From Candidatus Thorarchaeota archaeon (lineage in GTDB: Archaea > Asgardarchaeota > Thorarchaeia > Thorarchaeales > Thorarchaeaceae), in assembly GCA_029858305.1 (NCBI GenBank), contig JAOUFI010000026.1, positions 1 through 29,586 of the forward strand: 29,586 nt of DNA. The letters run 5' to 3'. A program made the translations under genes and the position numbers. Below, one piece after another: positions 1 to 9,440 of this stretch (positions within the stretch are counted from its first letter, which is position 1; every line of letters begins with the position of its first letter). A model generated the notes under the pieces. The model was not told the origin of the DNA and did not search any database. It saw nothing but the letters and a program-made list of their open reading frames with translations.

Positions 1-354
1 AATATCCGCCTCACGTAATTTTGTGCCGGGAGAGTCATAGTCTCCTACAGACATTGCCACAGTAATTCCCAATGTTTCATACTTCTTGAAGTCGTCATAC
101 TTCTCCCTTGCAAGAGATTTCAGAGGGACAAGATAAAGCGCCTTACCACGACCGTCAAGAATCGCTTTTAGCATGCAAATTTCAGCGACTAATGTCTTAC
201 CAGAACTAGTAGGGATAGCAAGAACTAGATTATTGCCTTGTAAAACTCCTGTTTCAAATGCGGTTATCTGAGGAGGAAATAGCTTGGTGATGCCAAGACT
301 TTGTAGATGACTTATCACCTTTCTATTGATATCAAGCTCCTCTAGACAAACCAT
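1..354 (-). CDS. hel308: Hel308/Hjm Ski2-like SF2 helicase, N-terminal part (runs off window)
   Basis: Not in the ORF track. Manual translation from ATG at 354: MVCLEELDINRKVISHLQSLGITKLFPPQ...NLVLAIPTSSGKTLVAE...KALYLVPLKSLAREKY...GDYD, giving Q motif, motif I and motif Ia of Ski2-like helicases. Confidence 0.9.
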   Translation of the reverse strand, partial: MVCLEELDINRKVISHLQSLGITKLFPPQITAFETGVLQGNNLVLAIPTSSGKTLVAEICMLKAILDGRGKALYLVPLKSLAREKYDDFKKYETLGITVAMSVGDYDSPGTKLREADI

Positions 355-395
355 GCTATTTCCCACTATTAATTATGCTAATCATTGAAAATACT

Positions 396-2471
396 CTATC
401 TCTTAGCTTCCCTAATTTTTCCATCTTTGGGAGCAAAGAGTGTGCCATCAGCTAGGAGCTTTTCAATCATCTCCTCCACCTTTTCCTTTGTAAGACCCAT
501 AGATACTGCTCTCTGCACTAATGCATCCCTATTTACAGGTGAGGCTCCATCAGGTTCAAGATCATGAAGTGCTCTAATAATGATATTAGTTGAACCTCTT
601 TGCTCAGCACTCATTTTTGAAACAAGGCGGTCTATGTCAATCTTGCCAGTAGTTCTATCAAGTGCAACCATGTGAAGTGATTCGTACATTAATCGAACGG
701 CAGCTTGTGCATCCTCTTTTGTTACTTGTGAACGCAGAGCCATCCTTGCTCTTGCTTCTGCTAAACGCACAAGAGATTCGAGTTGGCGTGCGGTGATTGG
801 AATTGTTCCGCCACCCTCGGCATTTTTTCTAAAATCAACATAGAATTTCTCTATTTCTTCTACAGCTTCAACGGTGAGCTGTGGAATCACATAACGATTC
901 GCATAGCCAATATACTTCTTTAGAAATCCAGGTGCAACAGGAGGCCTTGCCGAATCGCTTTTGGGCCTTCTTGTCTGATGCATGTTTAGAATAAACTGTG
1001 CAATTTCACGATCAGTTTCTTCGTTGATTGTATCAATCATAATCCAAATTAAATCAAACCGTGATAAAATTGTGAAGGGCAATTGAATATTCTCTTGCGC
1101 AGTTCGTGCAATTTCATAACGCCCCCAAATTGGGTTTGCAGCAGCAAGGATTGATGTTCTTGCATTGAGCGTCGCAATAATTCCAGCCTTTGCAATACTG
1201 ACTGTGTGTTGCTCCATAGCCTCATGAATCGCAGTTCTATCATTGGCATCCATCTTATCGAACTCATCAATACAGGCAATTCCCTGGTCCGATAATACCA
1301 ATGCACCTGCCTCAAGTGTCATAGCACCTGATTCAGTATCATGTATGACTGCGGCAGTTAGACCTGCAGCTGTGGTTCCTTTTCCAGAAGTGTAGAGACC
1401 TCGGGCTGCGAGTCCTGCAACAAATTTTAAAATCTGACTTTTTCCAGTTCCGGGATCACCAATTAACAGTATATTGGATTTACCTCTAAGGCGCGTTCCA
1501 TCAGGTAGTGTTTTTCCAACACCACCAAAGAGTAATAGTGCAATAGACTCTTTGATAGACATATGTCCTTGTATTGATGGAGCAATGGATGCAACAATCC
1601 TTTCATGAACATAAGGATCTTCTGAGAATTCTTGTATTTGCTTCATGTCTTCTTCGGATAAATCAAGCTGTTCGTATTCTTTCTCGGATACTTCAACACC
1701 ATTAGCTTCGATGAATATGTTAAAGGTGGCAAGTTTTCCCCCTCTCCTAGAGAAATCCGGAGTTGTTTGAAGCACTCCTGTGACTTTTACAAGGTCGCCT
1801 GGTCGGGACTTATCTACAATGTCTTCTCCCTCTAAAATTATATCAACGGACCGTGGCATTTGACCAGGAGGTAATTCATCCGGCGACTCCTGAATACGAA
1901 CTTTTTGCCAATCACGAAATTGAGATTCTTGCGGAAGTAATCTCATCGGGGTCTTTTTATCACAGAGCGGGCATCGTGCAGGCTCCGTATATCTACCCTC
2001 TTCTTGTGTCTGCGGGATTTTCTCATCGCAAATTCTACATTGGAACATAGCTTGGACTAATAATGGTTTTACTTCGCTTGCCCGCATCATAATACCGCTT
2101 ACATGAACAAGCTTCCCAATGTGTTTGGAACGAATAGCACGTAAAGCTATATGTTCTGTGTAGTTTGTAATCCGTGCTTTGATTATTGTAATATCAAGGC
2201 TGTTGACATAGTCCGGGTCTTCTACCCTTAGAACTGATACAAGCGCTGCATTAACTATATCGATAAACTTCTGAGGATTCTCAGCTGCCAGAGTTAAAAA
2301 CACATTATCAAAACTGATTAGTTCTTGGTAGTCAATAGGTATGGAAACTTCATCATTAATTGACATTTGTTGGACTCTTGCCCAATATGTGAGGTTACCC
2401 TGATCATCCTTATAGGTTCTAAGAAATTCCTCAAATCGTTCTTGGGATTCATCATAGCTTGACATAACCAT
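396..2471 (-). CDS. mcm: Replicative helicase MCM
   Basis: C4 zinc finger (CRIC..CPLC), QESP..LPPGQMPR, Walker A GDPGTGKS, Walker B IDEFDKM, Arg finger SRFD, ITARQLESLVRLAEARA, C-terminal winged helix. Confidence 0.98.
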   Translation of the reverse strand: MVMSSYDESQERFEEFLRTYKDDQGNLTYWARVQQMSINDEVSIPIDYQELISFDNVFLTLAAENPQKFIDIVNAALVSVLRVEDPDYVNSLDITIIKARITNYTEHIALRAIRSKHIGKLVHVSGIMMRASEVKPLLVQAMFQCRICDEKIPQTQEEGRYTEPARCPLCDKKTPMRLLPQESQFRDWQKVRIQESPDELPPGQMPRSVDIILEGEDIVDKSRPGDLVKVTGVLQTTPDFSRRGGKLATFNIFIEANGVEVSEKEYEQLDLSEEDMKQIQEFSEDPYVHERIVASIAPSIQGHMSIKESIALLLFGGVGKTLPDGTRLRGKSNILLIGDPGTGKSQILKFVAGLAARGLYTSGKGTTAAGLTAAVIHDTESGAMTLEAGALVLSDQGIACIDEFDKMDANDRTAIHEAMEQHTVSIAKAGIIATLNARTSILAAANPIWGRYEIARTAQENIQLPFTILSRFDLIWIMIDTINEETDREIAQFILNMHQTRRPKSDSARPPVAPGFLKKYIGYANRYVIPQLTVEAVEEIEKFYVDFRKNAEGGGTIPITARQLESLVRLAEARARMALRSQVTKEDAQAAVRLMYESLHMVALDRTTGKIDIDRLVSKMSAEQRGSTNIIIRALHDLEPDGASPVNRDALVQRAVSMGLTKEKVEEMIEKLLADGTLFAPKDGKIREAKR

Positions 2472-2563
2472 CAGCCTCGACAGACAACAAGGCGTGCGCT
2501 TGTATATATTTTCAGACTCCTAGTTCTTCAGGGTTTGTATTTAAGGGCACTAATACTCACAGC

Positions 2564-3121
2564 CTATTCCATTATGTTTTGGCGCCATCCAGATAACAAC
2601 CCAGCAAGCTCCTCACATAACCATCGTTCCTCATGCGCCATCTGTTGCCGCTTTTCTTGATAAGCACCAGATTTAGCTACGCGTAGTATCTTCGAAAGTC
2701 TTGTTTCAACCAGAAATGGGGTCATTTTGCGAAGCATCTCGACCTCTTCATACTTGCGAGGATCCATAGAAGTCTTGTCGCTCTGTAGACGCGTTGTCTT
2801 CCTAGCTATTGCTGTATAGAGAAACGGCTGGAAGGTCTGAAATTTATGAGGATTTTTCTCCTCTTCACGATAGAGATTCTGGAGCCGCCTCAGGGATTCA
2901 TAGGCGTCTTCTGGAGCGATATCGACATATTCACTCTGGAGTAGTTTTTCGATAACCCAGTTAGGCATCTCTGAACGATCACCTTTCTGAAATGGGCCAA
3001 ACTTTTGTCCAGCCACGGTGAATTCAGGAGTTGATTTTAGAAAGACGCATCCCCGAATCTCATTAAGGAATGACATCTCAAATCTCTTAATTGCCTCTTT
3101 GGAATCAATACATATTCTCAT
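2564..3121 (-). CDS. gins23: GINS subunit, BA-type (Gins23/Psf2-like)
   Basis: N-terminal beta-rich B domain (PEFTVAGQKFGPFQKGDRSEMPNWVIEKL), then a helical A domain (RLSKILRVA...EERWL); directly upstream of mcm. Start placed at ATG 3121 (track ORF extends to 3235). Confidence 0.82.
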   Translation of the reverse strand: MRICIDSKEAIKRFEMSFLNEIRGCVFLKSTPEFTVAGQKFGPFQKGDRSEMPNWVIEKLLQSEYVDIAPEDAYESLRRLQNLYREEEKNPHKFQTFQPFLYTAIARKTTRLQSDKTSMDPRKYEEVEMLRKMTPFLVETRLSKILRVAKSGAYQEKRQQMAHEERWLCEELAGLLSGWRQNIME

Positions 3122-3324
3122 GGCTGTACACACTTCATTCAAGCCAAGATGAAATAAAGACATTGCTCTAGTATTTTGAGTCATAGTGATTAAAAGGTCT
3201 GAATTATTAATTGCTGGAATAGAATATTGAAGCATCAGAAGAACCTTTTAAGAGACTAAGAATGAACTCATGAAACGTCCAGCAATACAAACTTCAAATG
3301 TTCTAGAGAAGGTGGGAATCCATA

Positions 3325-4290
3325 ATGGACTTAGACCTGTGGACTGAGAAATATCGGCCACCCACTCTTAGTGGGATAATTGGTCAAGAACAGATAATCA
3401 AGAGTCTGGTGATGTTTGTCGAGAATAAAGCAGTACCCCATTGCCTCTTTACAGGCCCACCAGGGACGAGTAAGACAACGGCAGCTATGGCAATGGCAAA
3501 GGATCTGTTTGGAGATACTTACGAACGCAACTTCATGGAACTCAATGCAAGTGATGAAAGAGGGATTGATGTTGTTAGGAATCAAATCAAGACCTTTGCT
3601 AGAATAATGCCTTCAGGGAATGCACCCTTCAAGATACTTGTACTGGATGAGGCGGACCATCTAACTACTGACGCTCAGCATGCTCTTCGGAGAACTATGG
3701 AGTCTTACTCTCAGTCCTGTAGAATGATTCTGATTTGTAATTACTCAAGTAGGATAATCCCACCAATACAATCAAGATGTGCAATATTCAGATTTTCGCG
3801 CTTGGATGATGGTGGAATCGCTACCCGTTTGAAATATATTGCAAATATGGAAAAGATAAAGCTTCATTCAACGGGGATTGAAGCAATACTCTACCTTACT
3901 GAGGGAGATATGAGAGCAGCAATTAATCTTCTACAAGCAGCCTCATCTACTGGGCAACAAATTACAGACAAGATTGTGTATGCGATTTCTGGTAGAGCAA
4001 GCCCTGAAACTGTGAAAGCTATGATAACAGATGCACGTGATGGAAGATATATTGATGCTTTGCAGGCACTTAGATCATTAATCTACCACGAAGGCGTTTC
4101 TCCTGTTGATTTAGTGAAGCAAATGCATAAAGAGATTCAAACGCTCAATCTACCAAATCAGCTGCAAATGGATGTATTGGAGCAAATTGCAGAGGTCGAG
4201 TTTAGAATCGGCGAAGGTTCGAACGGAGAGATTCAGCTAACTGCTCTTTTAGCACATATAGGATTGGGTAGTGATAGCAATGAGCGATGA
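3325..4290 (+). CDS. rfcS: Replication factor C small subunit
   Basis: WTEKYRP, GPPGTSKTT, ELNASDERGIDVVR, ILVLDEAD, ALRRTME, IQSRC, GDMR. Confidence 0.97.
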   Translation: MDLDLWTEKYRPPTLSGIIGQEQIIKSLVMFVENKAVPHCLFTGPPGTSKTTAAMAMAKDLFGDTYERNFMELNASDERGIDVVRNQIKTFARIMPSGNAPFKILVLDEADHLTTDAQHALRRTMESYSQSCRMILICNYSSRIIPPIQSRCAIFRFSRLDDGGIATRLKYIANMEKIKLHSTGIEAILYLTEGDMRAAINLLQAASSTGQQITDKIVYAISGRASPETVKAMITDARDGRYIDALQALRSLIYHEGVSPVDLVKQMHKEIQTLNLPNQLQMDVLEQIAEVEFRIGEGSNGEIQLTALLAHIGLGSDSNER

Positions 4291-5500
4291 AAACCTTCCA
4301 TGGCCTGAAAAACACCGTCCGAGAAACCTAGAACTTATTGTTGGCAATCCTGATACCATAACTTCACTAAAAACATGGATTATGTCTTGGAAGAAGGGCA
4401 TACCTAGTAAACATGCCGCTTTATTGATTGGACCTCCAGGGATTGGAAAGACAGCCACTGTTGGTGCCTTATCCAATGAGTTAGATATGGAACTTGTTGA
4501 GTTTAATTCGAGTGATAAAAGGAATAAAGACAGTATTGAAACCCTTGTTTGGAGAGCTGCCTCACAACAAACTCTTGACGGGCGACCTCGAATTATTCTC
4601 TTGGATGAGGTAGATGGTCTCTCTGGCACGAGTGACAGAGGTGGCGTTGGTGCAATTGTGAAAGTGATTCAAGAATCAGTTCATCCAATCGTGATGACTG
4701 CTAATGATCCAAATAGCCCACGACTCAAAGATTTGTTTAAAATTTGCCAGATATTTTCCTTTGAGCAAATTGCACATGAAAACGTAGCTAGTGTACTTAT
4801 TCGGATAGCAAAACAAAACAAAGCTAAAGTTCCGCAAAGTATCATCAATCAAATAGCAGAAAACTCAGCTGGTGATCTTCGAGCTGCTATATCGGATCTT
4901 GAATCTTATGTTAAAAGGGGTACAATGGAAACATCTGTCGAGGCTACTACACGTGATGTTCGACGTGGAAATGAAGAAACACTTCGAAGAGTATTCATGA
5001 CAACAGACACAGAAATTGCAAGGAGAGTATTATCCGAATCTGAGCTTGACCATGATGATTTAGTTCTTTGGCTAGAAGAAAATCTACACCTTCATCTGCT
5101 ATCTCATAAAGAGCTGAGTAATGGTTTCGATGGGCTTTCGCTTGCAGATTTATCTTTAGGGAGAATTATGAGAGACCAAAACTGGAAACTACTGGCATAT
5201 GTATACGATTTTCTTGCAACTGGTGTTGCTGGGAGTAGAAATTCAACCCCGTATCGGAAGGTTAACTATTCTCAGCCTGCATGGCCACTTTTAATTTGGC
5301 AGGGAAATAGATCAAAGGAGAAACGATCAGATGTTTTATCAGCTTTATCGATGTTAACTGGTGTTTCGAAGTCTAGAGTAATGAGAACTCATTATGACAC
5401 TATTACAGAATTAATTGGATTGAAGCCCAGAACTACCGCAGATTATGCGAATTGGCTGAATGTTGATAAAACATCATTGAAGAAGAGAAGTGGTCAGTAA
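4280..5500 (+). CDS. rfcL: Replication factor C large subunit
   Basis: WPEKHRP, GPPGIGKT, EFNSSDKR, ILLDEVDG, GDLRAAISDL; overlaps the rfcS stop. Start set to ATG 4280 (track: GTG 4271). Confidence 0.95.
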   Translation: MSDENLPWPEKHRPRNLELIVGNPDTITSLKTWIMSWKKGIPSKHAALLIGPPGIGKTATVGALSNELDMELVEFNSSDKRNKDSIETLVWRAASQQTLDGRPRIILLDEVDGLSGTSDRGGVGAIVKVIQESVHPIVMTANDPNSPRLKDLFKICQIFSFEQIAHENVASVLIRIAKQNKAKVPQSIINQIAENSAGDLRAAISDLESYVKRGTMETSVEATTRDVRRGNEETLRRVFMTTDTEIARRVLSESELDHDDLVLWLEENLHLHLLSHKELSNGFDGLSLADLSLGRIMRDQNWKLLAYVYDFLATGVAGSRNSTPYRKVNYSQPAWPLLIWQGNRSKEKRSDVLSALSMLTGVSKSRVMRTHYDTITELIGLKPRTTADYANWLNVDKTSLKKRSGQ

Positions 5501-6293
5501 GGCCAAATAATGTCAGGCTGGATCGTCTGAGAAATTCCCGTCGAGTATTAAGATAATTCTGAATTCTTCGTAGTGCGTATTTGCTCGTGGTAAACCTGAA
5601 TGGTACAATCGTTTCCATTAATACCAGATTTTCAGGTGGTGCTGGCTCAATTCCACCCCGAAAAGTCTTCTTGCTTCCATCGAGAATATCAAGGATAGTT
5701 TCAGGTTTTATTTTTTCCAAGCCAATCGCTGTCAATAATGTCACAACTTTTCTTACAAACTTCCATAAGAAACTAGTTCCATAGACATCTAAAAACTTGA
5801 GATTAGAAACCTCGCCAAGAGATACATTCAGTACTGTGGTAACTGTATTCCTGCGCTCATCGGGTTTTGAAAGGAAGTTAAAATCATTCGATCCTACGAG
5901 TAGAGAAATTGCTTCTCTAATAACAGTTTGATTTACATTTATCCAGGACTCGTCAAGAAAATACCGATAATGTCGCATTAAAGCACCAGAACGTGGTCTA
6001 AATCCCTCAGGAGCCTGTCTTCGTGCCCAAAGTACAATGTCCTCAGGAAGATGTTTATTGATGCCATCAATGGAGAAACGTTTGTCTGTAGTAATCATTA
6101 CAAGTTGCCCTAAGCTGTGAACGCCTCGATCTGTTCGTCCTGATAACTGAACTGATTGTGAGGAGTGTGGTTCTCCACTCCATTTCGAAATAGCTTTGAT
6201 AAGCTCTCCTTGCACTGTTTTTAGTCCGGGTTGCATCTGAGACCCATAATAGTGGTCCCCAATATAGAACAGACGTGCTAAATAGTCTGTCAT
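5433..6293 (-). CDS. truA: tRNA pseudouridine(38-40) synthase TruA
   Basis: YYGSQMQP..TVQGEL, catalytic SGRTDRGVHS, RHYRY, SFLWKFVRK, PAPPENLVL. Confidence 0.93.
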   Translation of the reverse strand: MTDYLARLFYIGDHYYGSQMQPGLKTVQGELIKAISKWSGEPHSSQSVQLSGRTDRGVHSLGQLVMITTDKRFSIDGINKHLPEDIVLWARRQAPEGFRPRSGALMRHYRYFLDESWINVNQTVIREAISLLVGSNDFNFLSKPDERRNTVTTVLNVSLGEVSNLKFLDVYGTSFLWKFVRKVVTLLTAIGLEKIKPETILDILDGSKKTFRGGIEPAPPENLVLMETIVPFRFTTSKYALRRIQNYLNTRREFLRRSSLTLFGLTDHFSSSMMFYQHSANSHNLR

Positions 6294-6307
6294 TGGCCTG
6301 CACTCCT

Positions 6308-6592
6308 TCAGGACTCCCAGAGATCAAAGAAACTTCGGAGTGAACGTGCTCTCAAGTCCTCAATCTTGTAGCGATATATCTTAATACGTCCAAATTTCTT
6401 CTCTTCAATTAGACCAGAGTCTAAAAGCACTTCAAGATGAGACTTTGTTGAGCTGTGATTGAGGTCTACTCTTCTACAAAGTTCGGAGATATTCAACTCA
6501 TTAGACTCTGCAAGTTCTTTAAGTATCTTAATTCTACCCTTTGATGAAAAGAGATCTTCAATTGCTATTTTTGATAGGCTTTCTTTTTTCAC
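6308..6592 (-). CDS. Small ArsR-like winged-helix protein, co-oriented directly downstream of orc1/cdc6
   Basis: LFSSKGRIKILKEL...LNISELCRRVDLNHSSTKSHLEVLLDSGLIEEKKFGRIKIY is a wHTH pattern; 7-bp gap to the cdc6 stop. Confidence 0.85.
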   Translation of the reverse strand: MKKESLSKIAIEDLFSSKGRIKILKELAESNELNISELCRRVDLNHSSTKSHLEVLLDSGLIEEKKFGRIKIYRYKIEDLRARSLRSFFDLWES

Positions 6593-6599
6593 GTGTTTG

Positions 6600-7805
6600 T
6601 CACAGCTCCTTTGAATCTAGAAGGCGAGCTATAAAATGTTCCAATAGCTCTGCAGGAACATCAGAAAGCCCAATAAGCGTTGTCTGACCTCTTTGGCCAC
6701 TTCCCGATCGTTTTGTATCGATTATTCCATGAGCGTTAAGATCTTGAACCCATTCCCAAATCTGAGTGTGTGCTCTTGGCTCTTTTCTATACTCCTCACA
6801 TGCCGAGTGGTACATCTCTTCGACCTCACCTATGGTGACATAATCACTACGTGTTTCTTTCAGCTGTCGAGCGGTAGCCAAGAGAAACAGTTTATGTTGA
6901 GGAGTGAGCGTGCTGAATATTTCCTTCCGAAGCTCAGGATGAGTATCCGCTTTTGCTTGACGAGCGTAATCTGGAACTACAGTACTTGTTTGACTGCTGT
7001 CAGCTTGTTTTCCTGCGCGCCAGAGAAGCTCGATAGCATATCTCGCATCACCTCTTTCTGATGCAATATCTGAGATGACATGGAGGGTTTCATCCATTAC
7101 AGCATTCTTCTCAAATGCCATATCGACTCGGTTTTTTAGAATATCATACAAGGCATCTCTGTTATACTTGGAGAAACGTAAGATATTCCGTTGAAGAGTA
7201 CTTAATGTGCTTGAATCAAGAGCGTTTTCATCAAAAGGTATTCTGCGTCCTATTGCTATCATGGAAACACGTTGTTTTGCATTTAGCCTATCATCAGTGA
7301 GTCTTGTTAAATCGTATAGAATATCAGCACCTCTTTGTCTGATGAAGTAATCAAGTTCATCAAGAATGAGTAGAAGATATCGATCCTCTTCATCAAGAAC
7401 TTCAACCAACATTTGTAGTAATTCTTCTGGGGAATGGCCTCGGCGAGGAAATTCTGGTTTAAACTCGCGAAGCGCACGAAGGAAAATAAGATAGGCAGTT
7501 TTGTTAACGCGGCAATTGATGTGTATATTACGAAGATTAATCTCCCTTCGTTCAGCAGCTTGGACCATTTGTTCAGCGAACCTTTTAGCAACGGCGGTCT
7601 TTCCAGTTCCAACAGGACCCTCGATAATAAACTTGTGACTTGTTCTGCCCGGTGAGCGAATTAGAGTAGTGAAGTTCTGTGCAAGCGTTCTGAGTTCAGA
7701 TTGTCGGTGTGGTAGACTCTCAGGTACATAATCAATAGATAGAAATTGCTCAGACTTGAAAACACTTCGTCTGCTCAACTCATCTTCAACATAATCATGA
7801 ACCAT
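6600..7805 (-). CDS. cdc6: Orc1/Cdc6 family AAA+ protein
   Basis: SVFK..LSIDYVPESLPHR, Walker A GPVGTGKT, HINC, Walker B LILDELD, sensor-2 GDARYAIELL, C-terminal wHTH (G.RGQTTLI). Confidence 0.96.
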   Translation of the reverse strand: MVHDYVEDELSRRSVFKSEQFLSIDYVPESLPHRQSELRTLAQNFTTLIRSPGRTSHKFIIEGPVGTGKTAVAKRFAEQMVQAAERREINLRNIHINCRVNKTAYLIFLRALREFKPEFPRRGHSPEELLQMLVEVLDEEDRYLLLILDELDYFIRQRGADILYDLTRLTDDRLNAKQRVSMIAIGRRIPFDENALDSSTLSTLQRNILRFSKYNRDALYDILKNRVDMAFEKNAVMDETLHVISDIASERGDARYAIELLWRAGKQADSSQTSTVVPDYARQAKADTHPELRKEIFSTLTPQHKLFLLATARQLKETRSDYVTIGEVEEMYHSACEEYRKEPRAHTQIWEWVQDLNAHGIIDTKRSGSGQRGQTTLIGLSDVPAELLEHFIARLLDSKEL

Positions 7806-8021
7806 GGCAGTCCAAAGACAATTCTATAGTAGCGTCCTTAAAAGCATTTGCAGACTGTACGATTAAAAGTACATTGTGAGGGGAGGTTGCCGAAAGTATT
7901 AGCGAGCTCCTAACTCAAGATCCATATCATTGTCATTGCTGACTCATCGGGGTCAAGGCAATCATCACTCGCCAATTGAACAATGTCTACTTTACCGATA
8001 AACTTGACGAAATTTAAAAAA

Positions 8022-8096
8022 TGGTGCGATCGCCGGGATTCGAACCCGGGTCGCAGGCTTGGGAAGCCTGCATCATAACCCCTAGACAACGATCGC
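8022..8096 (-). tRNA. tRNA-Gly(CCC), intronless, CCA encoded
   Basis: Reverse complement GCGATCG...CAGGC-TTCCCAA-GCCTG...CCGGG-TTCGAAT-CCCGG-CGATCGC-A-CCA folds into a cloverleaf, followed by a T-run. Confidence 0.96.
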
Positions 8097-8324
8097 AATT
8101 CCAGAGCACGATTGTTTCTTGTTGTGATTTAAGAGTATTGATAATTTGAGCCCTAGAAGACAGGTCAGGGGGAGAATTCCGTTCTAACTAGACTAGACCG
8201 TAGTCATTGAAGAACTCATCCGAATTACTGCTGATAAAAGACTTTCATCAGGAATCTTATTGGGAGGTCCTAAGAATATGCTTATCTTGACTCTATGAGA
8301 ACTGCGACTGCGAGAGATTTGATC

Positions 8325-9440
8325 ATGGTGTCCAAGAGCGCGAAAGTTCATTTCTGGCAGGGAAATCAGGCGTGTGCTGAAGCTGCAATTGCTGCTGGGT
8401 GCCGATTTTTCGCAGGTTATCCAATAACCCCAGCCTCAGAGATTGCAGAAATTATGTCTCTGAAGCTTCCTAAGATTGGTGGAATCTATATTCAAATGGA
8501 AGACGAGATAGCTGCAATATCTGCTATTATTGGTGCGGCATGGGGGGGAACAATGTCTATGACTGCGACCTCAGGACCAGGTTTCAGTCTGATGCAAGAG
8601 AATATTGGCTATGCTGTAATGACTGAAACACCATGTGTGATTGTGGATGTACAGAGAGGTGGACCAAGTACAGGACAAGCAACAAAAGCAGCCCAAGGAG
8701 ATATGATGCAGGCCAGATGGGGAACTCATGGAGATCATGAGATGATTGTACTTGCACCTAGTTCTTCTCAAGAAACATATGAACTCACCATTAGAGCTTT
8801 TGAAATCTCTGAAAGATTACGACATCCGGTCATTCTTCTCTCGGATGAAATAGTGGCACACTCACGGGAGAAAGTGATTGTAGAAAACGGTATGAAGGTA
8901 GAACGTAGATTTGCCAAATTGAATGAGCCACACTTTGGTGGTGTAGATTCTAACGGGCGAGCAATAATGCCAAAATTTGGTGACGGACATAATCTGCTGG
9001 TAACAGGTTCAACACATGATGAAACAGGTATCAGAAAGACATCAGATTCTGAGGTGCATGACAAACTTGTTCGAAGAATCACCTCAAAGATTCTAAATTC
9101 GAGAAACCTAATTGATGACTATATATTATCAGGACCAGAAACTGCAGAATGGGGTATCATTTCCTTTGGTTCTACATCAAGATCTGTTGACGAGTTAATG
9201 GCAACGGAAGCAACAGTAAAATCCTTGCGGCTTCGAACACTGTGGCCGTTCCCGGATGAGGTTGTAAGGAAATTTGGTGATCATGTGGATAAAATTCTGG
9301 TTCCCGAATTGAATCTTGGGCAGTTATCAAGAGAAGTCTTGCGTGTAGTAAGAAACTCGGTTGTTGTAGTTCCACTGAATAAAATAGGTGGAGGCCGGAT
9401 GATTGAACCTAATGAGTTGATTGATGCCATGGAACGGTAA
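8325..9440 (+). CDS. korA: 2-oxoacid:ferredoxin oxidoreductase alpha subunit (KorA/OorA type)
   Basis: GNQACAEAA, FFAGYPITPASEI, QMEDEIA, TATSGPGFSLMQE, QRGGPSTG, ELNLGQL. Start could be 8295 or 8325. Confidence 0.92.
   Translation: MVSKSAKVHFWQGNQACAEAAIAAGCRFFAGYPITPASEIAEIMSLKLPKIGGIYIQMEDEIAAISAIIGAAWGGTMSMTATSGPGFSLMQENIGYAVMTETPCVIVDVQRGGPSTGQATKAAQGDMMQARWGTHGDHEMIVLAPSSSQETYELTIRAFEISERLRHPVILLSDEIVAHSREKVIVENGMKVERRFAKLNEPHFGGVDSNGRAIMPKFGDGHNLLVTGSTHDETGIRKTSDSEVHDKLVRRITSKILNSRNLIDDYILSGPETAEWGIISFGSTSRSVDELMATEATVKSLRLRTLWPFPDEVVRKFGDHVDKILVPELNLGQLSREVLRVVRNSVVVVPLNKIGGGRMIEPNELIDAMER

Noticed and set aside
3122-3235. N-terminal extension of GINS in the ORF track
   Set aside because: AT-rich divergent promoter region; the ATG at 3121 gives a typical ~185-aa protein.
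396-5500. Inteins in MCM or RFC
   Set aside because: Lengths are normal and motifs are contiguous.
7910-8098. 62-aa ORF
   Set aside because: It overlaps tRNA-Gly on the same strand; spurious.
7806-8294. Origin adjacent to cdc6
   Set aside because: G-rich runs (GAGGGGAGG, CAGGGGGAG) are present but there is no TCCA-N3-GAAA ORB core.
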